In this document: positions 23,926 to 32,444 of the stretch, in pieces
Numbering within the stretch: position 1 is the first letter of the stretch
Layout of the letters: the number at the start of each line of letters is the position of its first letter
Assembly (NCBI GenBank): GCA_963783375.1
Contig: CAWANH010000003.1
Location: forward strand, 160,001 to 224,000
Reading direction: 5' to 3'
Length of the DNA stretch: 64,000 nucleotides
Origin: Candidatus Eiseniibacteriota bacterium
GTDB lineage: Bacteria > Eisenbacteria > RBG-16-71-46 > JABDJR01
The notes under the pieces: generated by a model
What the model was told of the DNA's origin: nothing
The model's input: only the letters and a program-made list of their open reading frames with translations
The model's database searches: none
Program-made: the position numbers and the translations under genes

Positions 23926-24170
23926 GGTTGTCCCGCCGTTCGGATCAGGGAGATGCAGACAGGTTGAGGAGGCCGGATCATAGCGGATAATCCTGACACC
24001 GCGGCCCCTGGCTGACCAATGGGTTGGGGCGCAACACCTTGGACGGTGGATACGGCGGGGGCCGAACGCTAATGGCAAGCCCTTCAGTTGTTCCGAGACC
24101 CATGATCCTTCCGAAACAGCAGACGTACCGTTCCGAACGGGACTCATCCAGCGGGATCGGAGACGGGCGA

Positions 24171-26462
24171 TCAGGACTCGCTCGTCGCTCCCAGCCCCAG
24201 GCTCTCCACGAACCCCGGCCAGCGCGGATCGGTGCGGAAGGGATCGAACCCGGGGTGGCCGATGAGCGAGATGACGGTCTGGCACTCGTCGCGAGCCGCC
24301 TCCAGGATCGTCCAGGCGGTATCGCGATCGCCCAACTCCCCCAAGGCCCAGGCGGCGGCGGCCACGGCGGGAGCGGGAGAGCCGGGACCGTCCCCCGAAG
24401 CCGGACGCGCGGCCAGTTCGTCGAGCAGGGTGCGCGCCTCTCCCCCCCTGCCGGCGCGGGCCAGGGCCCAAGCCAGCACCCCCACGTAGTGCGAGGCACG
24501 GTTCGTCGCGGCGACGGCGTTCTCCAGAGCGGCGATCGCCTCGTCGTATCGGCCGCGCTGCACGAGGACGGAGGCGAGGCTCCAGAGGGCCAGGGTGTGC
24601 CCGGGTTCCAGATCGAGGCCCACCTCCAGATAACGCTCCGCCTCGTCCACCCGCCCCACCACCAGGAGGCTGAGGCCGCTCATCCCGTAAGGATAGGCGG
24701 CCAGGGGATCCATGGCCCGGGCGCGCTCGAAGATGGCCGCGCACTCGTCACCGCGCTGCTGGGCGGCCAGGGCCATGCCCTGCCAGCAGGCGGCCTGGAC
24801 CTGCTCGGAGCCGGCCGCGAGGGCGCGGTTGAACGCGTCCTCGGAGGCGGGCCAGTTACGCTCGCAGAAGGCGATCATGCCCCGCACGCAGTCTGCTTCC
24901 GCGGTTTCACCCTGGAGCTTCTCGGCGGTGATCAGGGCCCGGCGGGCCTCTTCCAGGGCGGGACGGGACGGGCGCATGGCGTAGGTGGCGCAGAGGACGG
25001 CAGTCTCGGCCAGGCCCACCCACGAGGGACCGTGAGTGGGATCCAGGTCCAGGGCGTTGCGGTAGCTGGCGGAAGCGGCGGCGTGGTCGTTCCGCAAGCG
25101 CAGGTAGCGCCCCTTGAGGAAGTGGCGGTAGGCATCGAGGTTGTTGACCTGGGCGCGCGCACGAACGGGGAGATCCTTGGAGGCGCGACGGTCCTCGCGA
25201 CCCAGGTGGCTTCGTACCGCCTCCACCACCCCGGCGGCTATCTCGTCCTGAACGGCGAAGACGTCCTCGGTATCGCGGTCGTAGCGTCGAGACCACAGGT
25301 GGTAGCCGGTTCCGGTGTCCACGAGCTGGGCGGTCACCCGCATGCGGGTTCCGGCCACGCGCACGCTCCCTTCCAGGATGTGGCCCACGTTCAGGGCCCG
25401 GCCGATGTCGGGGAGGTCGCGGTTCTCGCTTCGGGCACGGAACGCCGAGGTGCGCGAGGCGACGCGGATCCCCGGGATGGGAACGAGAGCGTTCATGATC
25501 TCCTCGGCCATGCCCTCACAGAAGTAGTCCTGGTCCTTGGCCGCACTCATGTCGGCAAAGGGAAGGACGGCGATGCCGTGGCCGAGTTGCTTCTCCGGCC
25601 CGGCTGATTCACGGTTGTCGCTCTGGAGCGTACGGAGTTCGTTGTGGATGTCGCGGGCGGTCTGGATGCGGTGGTTGGGCTCCTTGGCCAGACACCGCCG
25701 AACGATCCGGCTCAGCTCCTCGGGAAGCTCCCTCCGGCGCTCCGTCACCGGCGCCGGCTCCTCCTTCAGGATCGACGCCATGATCTCGGGGAAGCTCCCC
25801 CCCTCGAACGGCCGCGTCCCCGTGGCCAGCTCGTACAGCACGACCCCCAGCGCGAACAGGTCCGTACGCGCGTCCACGGCCTTGCCTTGCAGCTGTTCCG
25901 GAGCCATGTACGGCACCGTCCCCAGCACCATTCCCTCGCCCGTGAGCGGCGCGCTCAGGGCCCTGGTTGCACCGGGGTCAGCGGGCTCCTCCGCGGCCGT
26001 CTTGGCCAGCCCGAAGTCCAGCACCTTCACCCGCCCCTGCTTCGAGAGCATCACGTTGGCGGGCTTCAGGTCCCGGTGCACGATCCCCGCTTCGTGCGCC
26101 GCCTGAAGCGCATCGGCCAGCGAAACCCCGATCCGGAGCAGATCGGCAAGCGGAAAGCCGTCCGGCGGGAGGCAGTGATCCAGGCTCTGGCCCTCCACCA
26201 GCTCCATGGTGAGCAGGTGAACCCCCTCCGCTTCCTCCACCGAGTAGATCGTCACGATGTTGGGGTGGTTCAGGGCGGCCACCGCCTCGGCCTCCCGCTG
26301 GAAACGAGCCAGGCGGGAGGGGTCGGCGGCGACGGCGGCCGGCAGCACCTTGAGGGCCACCTGCCGCTTCAGCCGGGAGTCCGTGGCCCGGTATACCTCT
26401 CCCATTCCCCCCTCACCGATCTTGGCGGTGACGGTGTAGTGGGCCAGGGTCCGGCCGATCAT
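24171..26462 (-). CDS. Ser/Thr kinase + TolB-N-like + TPR (paralog 3)
   Basis: MIGRTLAHY, GEGGMGEV, HRDLKPAN, DFG, GTVPYMAPE, then IAVLPFADMS...DYFCEGMAEEI and TPR helices. Confidence 0.93.
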   Translation of the reverse strand: MIGRTLAHYTVTAKIGEGGMGEVYRATDSRLKRQVALKVLPAAVAADPSRLARFQREAEAVAALNHPNIVTIYSVEEAEGVHLLTMELVEGQSLDHCLPPDGFPLADLLRIGVSLADALQAAHEAGIVHRDLKPANVMLSKQGRVKVLDFGLAKTAAEEPADPGATRALSAPLTGEGMVLGTVPYMAPEQLQGKAVDARTDLFALGVVLYELATGTRPFEGGSFPEIMASILKEEPAPVTERRRELPEELSRIVRRCLAKEPNHRIQTARDIHNELRTLQSDNRESAGPEKQLGHGIAVLPFADMSAAKDQDYFCEGMAEEIMNALVPIPGIRVASRTSAFRARSENRDLPDIGRALNVGHILEGSVRVAGTRMRVTAQLVDTGTGYHLWSRRYDRDTEDVFAVQDEIAAGVVEAVRSHLGREDRRASKDLPVRARAQVNNLDAYRHFLKGRYLRLRNDHAAASASYRNALDLDPTHGPSWVGLAETAVLCATYAMRPSRPALEEARRALITAEKLQGETAEADCVRGMIAFCERNWPASEDAFNRALAAGSEQVQAACWQGMALAAQQRGDECAAIFERARAMDPLAAYPYGMSGLSLLVVGRVDEAERYLEVGLDLEPGHTLALWSLASVLVQRGRYDEAIAALENAVAATNRASHYVGVLAWALARAGRGGEARTLLDELAARPASGDGPGSPAPAVAAAAWALGELGDRDTAWTILEAARDECQTVISLIGHPGFDPFRTDPRWPGFVESLGLGATSES

Positions 26463-26590
26463 GGGCGGGTCCCGAAGTGGTGTGTTCATGGCCGCCAACT
26501 CTAGCACCACCGGGTGCGCGCAACAGCGTGGCGGCGGGAATGCCCGGATCGGGGAAGCCGTCCGCGCCTTCCGGGGCCGGCGGCCGGAAC

Positions 26591-26998
26591 CTACTCGCAG
26601 AAGACGCGGACGACGTCGCCGTCGTCCGTATTCACCTCCACGTCCAACTCCCGAAGTGCCTCGATCAGCTCCTCACCATCGAGACTGCTGAACCGAGACA
26701 GGTCGATTCCACGCTCGGAGAGGCGCCGGCTGGCCTTGGAGGGCATCAGCGTCGTGAGCTTGATGCCGGTTCGAACGAGCCCGATCGGAATGCGGATGTT
26801 GACATTGTCCTTGCCGTCGACGACGACGCGCAGGTACTTGAGAGGTACTGCCTGCCGCGCGCCGCGGTCGCGCGCCGACTCCATGGTCGCCGTGGGCGTC
26901 CCGGGGGAGTCCAGTCGGGACAGGAGCTTCTCGCCTTCTTCGGGGGTAATGGTGGCGTCGGCAACCATCTTGAGGATCTTCGCTCGTTCACGGGACAT
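26591..26998 (-). CDS. SHOCT-like domain protein (usual partner of DUF2089)
   Basis: ERAKILKMVADATITPEEGEKLL, then KYLRVVV...VNIRIPIGL and VRVFCE. GAAGGAG RBS. Confidence 0.78.
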   Translation of the reverse strand: MSRERAKILKMVADATITPEEGEKLLSRLDSPGTPTATMESARDRGARQAVPLKYLRVVVDGKDNVNIRIPIGLVRTGIKLTTLMPSKASRRLSERGIDLSRFSSLDGEELIEALRELDVEVNTDDGDVVRVFCE

Positions 26999-27102
26999 CT
27001 TCGGGTCTCCTTCCTTTCGGGTTTCCTGGATCCTGACGAATTCGATCCGCACCCGCCTGCCGCCGGCGGTGACCGGAACCATCCCGGGATCACGTTGGGG
27101 CC

Positions 27103-27462
27103 TCACCGATTCAACCTCTCGAGGGCCTCATCGACGGTGATCTCGCCTCGGGCGAGCTGATCGAGCACGAGCTCGTTGGGCGTGGGTACGTCGAATGTCT
27201 CGTCGAGCCGCCGCACGATCGCGTTCAGGCGGTTCTTCACCGTGGGATAGCTCACTCCGAAGAGGCTCTCCATCTTCTTGATCGAGCCGTGGTGCCGGAC
27301 GAAGGCCATCACGAGGGCTTGGTCCTCGAGCGGGAGCCTGGCCAGCGCCGACACCTCGAATTCGCCTTCGAGCCGCACGCCGCACCTCGAGCAGACCATC
27401 CTGGAGACGACCATCGGGCGATGGCACTCGGCACAGCTGGCCTTTGAAATATCCACATCCAC
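27103..27462 (-). CDS. DUF2089 family protein (Zn ribbon + HTH)
   Basis: CAEC...CSRC, GSIKKME...GVSYPTVKNRL and C-terminal GEITVDEALERL. GAGGAGG RBS. Confidence 0.88.
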   Translation of the reverse strand: MDVDISKASCAECHRPMVVSRMVCSRCGVRLEGEFEVSALARLPLEDQALVMAFVRHHGSIKKMESLFGVSYPTVKNRLNAIVRRLDETFDVPTPNELVLDQLARGEITVDEALERLNR

Positions 27463-27490
27463 CTCCTCGAATAGAGGTAGAGTGCGCTAT

Positions 27491-27519
27491 TTGATTAACA
27501 AAGTCAAGTGTCAGATTGA
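27491..27519. promoter_or_regulatory. Putative operator/promoter of the DUF2089 pair
   Basis: AT-rich stretch with TTGA-N9-TCAA-N8-TTGA half-sites overlapping a TTGACT -35 on the minus strand. Confidence 0.45.
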
Positions 27520-27607
27520 TTTTTTTAATTTTCTCGGGGCGGGAACCGGTGCGAGCCGGTGCTTTCGCGATGGAGCGGTTGGCGGTCCCGCTTGCTTGTC
27601 GTATCTG

Positions 27608-27624
27608 ACGCATTGACAATGCGT
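27608..27624. repeat. Perfect 8-1-8 palindrome ACGCATTG-A-CAATGCGT
   Basis: Read directly from the sequence. Confidence 0.7.
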
Positions 27625-27778
27625 TAACAATCGTCGTGGGGGTGGTGGGACCCGAACACCTGAAGGGTCCTCTATCACCCCCTTGTTCAACCGACCTCAG
27701 GAGTGAACGACCGGAGCAATGCTCCGGACGAGGTTGGACCGGTCTGACGAGATCGGAATTCCGGGCTCGAACTCGCGA

Positions 27779-28864
27779 TCACCAGGGTCCATCCCTGGAA
27801 ATCTTGACAAATGATTCGCCCTCAAGACGATAGAGTCCCAGATATCCTCCGGCCCAGATCCGGCCTTCCCTGTCCTGAAAGGTGCACTGGACGCCGGGAC
27901 TATCCATGCCCTGCTGCTCGCCAAAATTCGTGAACGCTTTCCCGTCGTATCGGTACAGGCCGGCATGCTCGACCGGAAACCAGATGTTCCCCGCGCCATC
28001 CCGGTAGACGTCCCACACCTCCGTACCGCTCAACCCTTCCTGCTCGGACACATTGATGAACGATGTCCCGTCAAGACGGCACACGCCGGTGTAGTGGGTC
28101 GCAAGCCACATGCGTCCTTCCCGGTCTTCCGCAATGCAATTGACGGAGACGTCACGAAATCCATATTTCTCCGAGACGTCGACCAACGTGCTCCCGTCGT
28201 ACTCGTACACGCTGTGTTCCGCAGCAAACCACAGATTCCCGGCGCTGTCTTCCATGATGCTCCTGACCATCGTCGTGCTCGATACCCCCCTCATCGGATC
28301 AGCCTCATCCGCCGGCGGGATAGCAAACGGGACGAAGCGCTCTCCATCGAAACGACACGCTCCCTCATAGGTCCCGACCCAGATGGTTCCAAGATGGTCT
28401 ACAAGGATGCTCCAGACGTCGTCGTGATTCAGTCCGTCCTTCACGGTGTAGTTGACGAAGGACTCCCCGTCGTACCTTGTCACGCCTCCGGACGTCGCAA
28501 ACCAGACATTGCCGTCCTTGTCTTCCACGATGCCCCTTACCGCAACTCCGCCAAACCCTTCCCGGGTCGAGTAGTAGGTCAGCGATTGCCCATCGAACCG
28601 GCAGACGCCATTCCCGTTCGTGCCGAACCACAGGTTTCCTTTCGAGTCCTGGAAGATCCTGCGTACGAACGCACTGATTGCGTCGGGCGAAGGGTACACG
28701 TCGGGACCGGGGTCCTGGCTTGCAACCAGGTCTCCAGCCGCTTCCCTTGATCCAGCCGTGCTCTCCTGGGGCGAATCGGCAGTCTGGGAGTGCTGTGCGT
28801 GCCGACAGCCGATCGCGCCGAGAATGAACAGGACGGTCACGCCAATTGAGACCCGGTTACCCAA
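27779..28864 (-). CDS. Lipoprotein with two-component-regulator propeller (Reg_prop) repeats
   Basis: Lipobox GAIGC and about seven repeats of I-x-(E/Q)D-x-x-GN-x-WF-x-T...G-x-x-R-(Y/F)DG. Confidence 0.85.
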   Translation of the reverse strand: MGNRVSIGVTVLFILGAIGCRHAQHSQTADSPQESTAGSREAAGDLVASQDPGPDVYPSPDAISAFVRRIFQDSKGNLWFGTNGNGVCRFDGQSLTYYSTREGFGGVAVRGIVEDKDGNVWFATSGGVTRYDGESFVNYTVKDGLNHDDVWSILVDHLGTIWVGTYEGACRFDGERFVPFAIPPADEADPMRGVSSTTMVRSIMEDSAGNLWFAAEHSVYEYDGSTLVDVSEKYGFRDVSVNCIAEDREGRMWLATHYTGVCRLDGTSFINVSEQEGLSGTEVWDVYRDGAGNIWFPVEHAGLYRYDGKAFTNFGEQQGMDSPGVQCTFQDREGRIWAGGYLGLYRLEGESFVKISRDGPW

Positions 28865-29099
28865 TTCCAGACTCCTTTCCTCCGTACTTCATTTTCACCT
28901 GATGCCAACTTCCGCAACTCCCCAAGCGGTTCTTCATCTGGAGACCACGGCCGGTCCCGTGAGTGAAGTAAGAATGACACACGCAGAACTCGAAGTCGTG
29001 CATAGGCAGGACGCCGACCAGGTGGGACGCGGGAAATTCAGAGTGGCGGTCCCGCGACATCTAGCGTCCTAACGTACTGCAACCAAATAGATTGGGTGC

Positions 29100-29351
29100 G
29101 GCGGCGGGTTATCGGATCCCGAAGGGATCCGGCCCGCCGTCATCAGAAATCAGCGCACCGGAGGTGCGCGCAGTGGTGGAGGCGGCGGGTTATCGGATCC
29201 CGAAGGGATCCGGCCCGCCGTCATCAGAAATCAGCGCACCGGAGGTGCGCGCAGTGGTGGAGGCGGCGGGTTATCGGATCCCGAAGGGATCCGGCCCGCC
29301 GTCATCAGAAATCAGCGCACCGGAGGTGCGCGCAGTGGTGGAGGCGGCGGG
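29100..29351. repeat. Tandem repeat of three identical 81-bp units, overlapping the tmRNA 3' end
   Basis: Units 29101-29181, 29182-29262 and 29263-29343 are identical by direct comparison. Confidence 0.97.
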
Positions 29352-29690
29352 AATCGAACCCGCGTCCGAAACCGAATCCACGAGAGTCACTACGTGCGTA
29401 GCCGGATGTTTGATTCTCGCCCCCCGCCCCGCCGACCGGCGGGCTGAGCAAGGGGCCAGCTCCTAAGATCTCGCCGGTTCCCTCGGAGCAGAGTACCCGG
29501 CCAGCCCGCCTGATATGACGGTTCACTCCTCCCCCGACGGACGAAGGGAGGCGAACCGCGCTACCTTATGTTAGGCAGCGAGTGCGAACTGAGTATTGTC
29601 AGTTGCAGTTTTCCTGCCGGTTTAACGAGGTTGACAGGACCTCGGCACGCGCCTCCCGCTTCCTCGACCCCGTCGAAGCCAATCGCCCCC
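29336..29690 (-). ncRNA. ssrA: tmRNA; tag reading frame ATDNTQFALAA* at 29606-29571
   Basis: 5' GGGGGCGATTGGCTTCGAC and 3' GCGGGTTCGATTCCCGCCGCCTCCACCA with a G3-U acceptor pair. Length 355 nt, and the tag ends in ALAA. Confidence 0.96.
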
Positions 29691-29989
29691 AAATCGGTGC
29701 CGCGAAGCGGGTGCCGGAGCGCCGCATCTGGCGGGCGCCGGCACCGGGCTCGCAAACTTCATTCTACTCTATCGGCCGGCCGGCCGCCGAATCCTGAGGC
29801 CTCGGGAGGCCGAACACCGGCGCCCGGACTTCCCGGGACCCGGCGGAACCCGCCCACGGACGGGGAGCCGCAAACCACCTGGTCGCCCAAGCCAAACCCA
29901 ATTCCTTGCCGCACAACGAAATACCCGGGTACACCCCGGTCCGGGAGCGCGCCGGCCACCGGCCCGGACCCCAGCGCACCGGCGGCGAC

Positions 29990-30030
29990 AAAAGGAAGAG
30001 CCCCGGCAGGCGCGTCCGCCACCGGGGCTC
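29990..30030 (-). terminator. Intrinsic terminator after tRNA-Lys
   Basis: gagccccgg / ccggggctc stem followed by ttcctttt on the minus strand. Confidence 0.7.
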
Positions 30031-30040
30031 CCAGTCGAAT

Positions 30041-30116
<76 letters not shown>

Positions 30117-30134
30117 AGATCAAAACGGAGAGGA

Positions 30135-30163
30135 AAGCTAGCACACGGCCCCTCGGGTGACAA
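30135..30163 (-). promoter_or_regulatory. sigma70 promoter of tRNA-Lys
   Basis: TTGTCA-17 nt-TAGCTT with an extended TG. Confidence 0.55.
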
Positions 30164-30271
30164 GAGCGGTCGACGCCCATCGCGCCACCCGCGCCCCGGC
30201 TGCCGCCGGTACCGCCGTATCCCCGGGCCGCGTAAATCGGAACCCAGGCGCCGCCCCGGTCCCGCAGACCT

Positions 30272-30490
30272 CTAGGCGGTCTTCACCCGGTACCCCGCCC
30301 CCTCCACCGCCTTCGCGAACCCGGCCGGGTCCGTGGTCTCGGGGTTGAAGGTGACGGTGGCCGTCCCCGCGGCCAGATCCACCTCTACCGCTCGCACACC
30401 CGGGACCTCGCCTAGCGCCGCCGACACCTTCTTCACACACATGTCGCAGTGCATGCCCTCGATCCCGATCACCTGCGTGGTCACCGCCAT
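30272..30490 (-). CDS. Heavy-metal-associated (CopZ-like) chaperone
   Basis: GMHCDMC metal-binding motif and C-terminal AVEGAGY. Confidence 0.9.
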   Translation of the reverse strand: MAVTTQVIGIEGMHCDMCVKKVSAALGEVPGVRAVEVDLAAGTATVTFNPETTDPAGFAKAVEGAGYRVKTA

Positions 30491-30671
30491 CATCGTCTCC
30501 TCGGAGGTCCCGCGAGCCGTCGCCCGCCGTCCCTCATCGTCGTTGTCCGGGTCCCGCCACCGAACCCCGATCCCCGCCCCCCGGCTCCGCCGCTGAGACC
30601 CGGCCGCTCAAGAGAACGCCGGCGGATCCCCTCGGAATCCGCCGACGCGAACTGCGTGAACGACCGCCCGA

Positions 30672-31121
30672 TCAGAAGGGCAGGTCGTCGTCGGCCGGGG
30701 CCTCGTCCCCGCCCACCGGGGCGTACTGGCTCTCCTCGCCTCCGCCGGACCCGCCCGAGCCGCCGGAGCCGCCGTCGCCGCCCCGCCCGCCGAGCATGAC
30801 CATGTCGTTGGCCCGGACCTCGGTGGTGTAGCGGGTGTTTTCTTCCTTGTCCTTCCACTGCCGGGTCTGGAGGGTCCCCTCGATGTACACCTGGCGGCCC
30901 TTGGTGAGGTACTGGCCGCAGATCTCGGCCAGCTTCCCCCACGCCACCACCCGGTGCCACTCGGTCTTCTCCACCCGCTCCCCGCTCTGCCGGTCGTTGT
31001 AGGACTCGTTGGTGGCCAGCCTGAGGTTCGCCACCGCGGTGCCGCTCTGGGTGTAGCGCACCTCGGGGTCCGCGCCGAGATGACCGAGGAGAATGACCTT
31101 GTTGACGCTCCGTGTTGCCAT
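30672..31121 (-). CDS. ssb: Single-stranded DNA-binding protein
   Basis: [25 protein letters not shown], a Gly-rich linker and DDDLPF tail. Confidence 0.97.
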   Translation of the reverse strand: MATRSVNKVILLGHLGADPEVRYTQSGTAVANLRLATNESYNDRQSGERVEKTEWHRVVAWGKLAEICGQYLTKGRQVYIEGTLQTRQWKDKEENTRYTTEVRANDMVMLGGRGGDGGSGGSGGSGGGEESQYAPVGGDEAPADDDLPF

Positions 31122-31246
31122 GAGGATTCCTTTCCTGGACGCCCGGCCCGGGGGCCGCTCAGCGTCCGCTAAGACGGGGACCGTTCAGACGGGACCCTGA
31201 AATCGACGGGGAATGGGGTCGGGGAGGTCCTTCAAAACTGCTCTAG

Positions 31247-31275
31247 ACCGTACCGGAGCGGGGTTTTGGGGTCAA
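31247..31275 (-). promoter_or_regulatory. sigma70 promoter of ssb
   Basis: TTGACC-17 nt-TACGGT. Confidence 0.45.
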
Positions 31276-31435
31276 GAGCCCCGAGGCCCCGGCGGACGGG
31301 CGGTGGCGCCCGGACCCGGCCGGGCGTCGGGGCCGCCGCGTGAGCCGGCGCATGAAACCGCCCGGCCCGACCGGCCATGCCCGGCCGCCCCGCGAACCCC
31401 CGCGTTCCGGCGCTTCCGAGCCCCCTGGGGGGATG

Positions 31436-31464
31436 TTGTCTCCCCCGGGCGGGGATGCTACCAT
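31436..31464 (+). promoter_or_regulatory. sigma70 promoter of the tRNA cluster
   Basis: TTGTCT-17 nt-TACCAT with an extended TG. Confidence 0.55.
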
Positions 31465-31513
31465 CGGGGGCCGTTTTCCGGATGCAAGGGTTGCCCGGCC
31501 GACCCTACGACCT

Positions 31514-31590
<77 letters not shown>

Positions 31591-31640
31591 AGATGACGAT
31601 CCGGGCGCCCCGGCGCCGGGCGCCCGGCCCAGGTTTCGAT

Positions 31641-31717
31641 GGTGGATGTAGCTCAGCTGGTAGAGCACCTGACTGTGGCTCAGGTGGTCGCGGGTTCGAA
31701 CCCCGTCATCCACCCCA
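31641..31717 (+). tRNA. tRNA-His(GTG)
   Basis: Anticodon arm cctga-ctGTGgc-tcagg, G-1/C73 pair and encoded CCA. Confidence 0.96.
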
Positions 31718-31750
31718 TTTCTTCCTCCTCCGCCCCGGTCGCCGACTCGA

Positions 31751-31826
<76 letters not shown>

Positions 31827-31878
31827 CTCACGCCGGGCCCCGCCGGCGCGCCCGCCTCGGGCCGCCAAAGGAGACCCC

Positions 31879-32220
31879 ATGGACCAGGACACCGCCCGCT
31901 CGATCTACGCCGAACTGAAGGCCCTCGGGCCCGACGACCCCGATGCCCTCCGCCTCCGCGACGATCTGTTCCTGGTCGCCGTCCGCTACGCCCGCATCCG
32001 GGTCGACTGGCGGCTGGCCCCTCCCGAGGAGCGCCGGGCCATGGACCCCGGCCGAACCGCCGCCCACAACGTGCTGATCGATGCCTGCAACATTCTGAGT
32101 CGATACATGAACAACGCCGACATGAGCACGGATTGGCGGGACCGGCTCGGCACGGACCGGAAGGAGATCGGGGACTTCGCCTGCCACCTCCACGCCTTCC
32201 TGGGGATCGAAGCCCGCTAG
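31879..32220 (+). CDS. Small helical hypothetical protein (possibly DUF3232-like)
   Basis: AAGGAG RBS and host-like codon usage. The motifs RTAAHNVLID and RKEIGDFA were recognised from memory only. Confidence 0.65.
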   Translation: MDQDTARSIYAELKALGPDDPDALRLRDDLFLVAVRYARIRVDWRLAPPEERRAMDPGRTAAHNVLIDACNILSRYMNNADMSTDWRDRLGTDRKEIGDFACHLHAFLGIEAR

Positions 32221-32444
32221 GCTTCCAGCCGCCCCGAAAACGGCCCGCAGCCGGCCCCACGGCCGCATCGGTAACTGTCGCCGTCGCCTCACCCGGAGCC
32301 CGCCGATGCGCGCGCGAACCCTCCCCCGCACCGTCCCCCCGAGCCCTGGCACCACCGCCCGGAATCGGCTATTCTCCCGCCGTTCCCGGCCACCACTCCC
32401 GGGACCGGTTTCCCGGGCCAAGCCTCCCATAAAAGGAGCCCGCC

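Noticed and set aside
27685-27739. Integron attC site (GTCCAAC...GTTGAAC on the minus strand after the propeller gene)
   Set aside because: The R boxes fit the consensus, but the span is only 55 bp, L-box pairing is poor and no intI is present. A covariance-model search would be needed.
16544-29100. Prophage or complete integrative element at ssrA
   Set aside because: No integrase, phage or conjugation genes were found, and I saw no distal att duplicate.
29100-29351. CRISPR array
   Set aside because: The units are identical throughout with no unique spacers, and there are no cas genes in the window.
29092-29466. ORFs with a thrice-repeated 27-aa peptide (29092..29466 and 29096..29401)
   Set aside because: They are a by-product of the 81-bp DNA repeat, lie antisense to tmRNA and have no RBS.
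29760-29990. Additional ncRNA (SRP, 6S or RNase P) between tRNA-Lys and tmRNA
   Set aside because: Only generic GC hairpins and a TAGAAT -10-like hexamer (29761-29766) are visible, with no diagnostic motifs. An Rfam scan would settle it.
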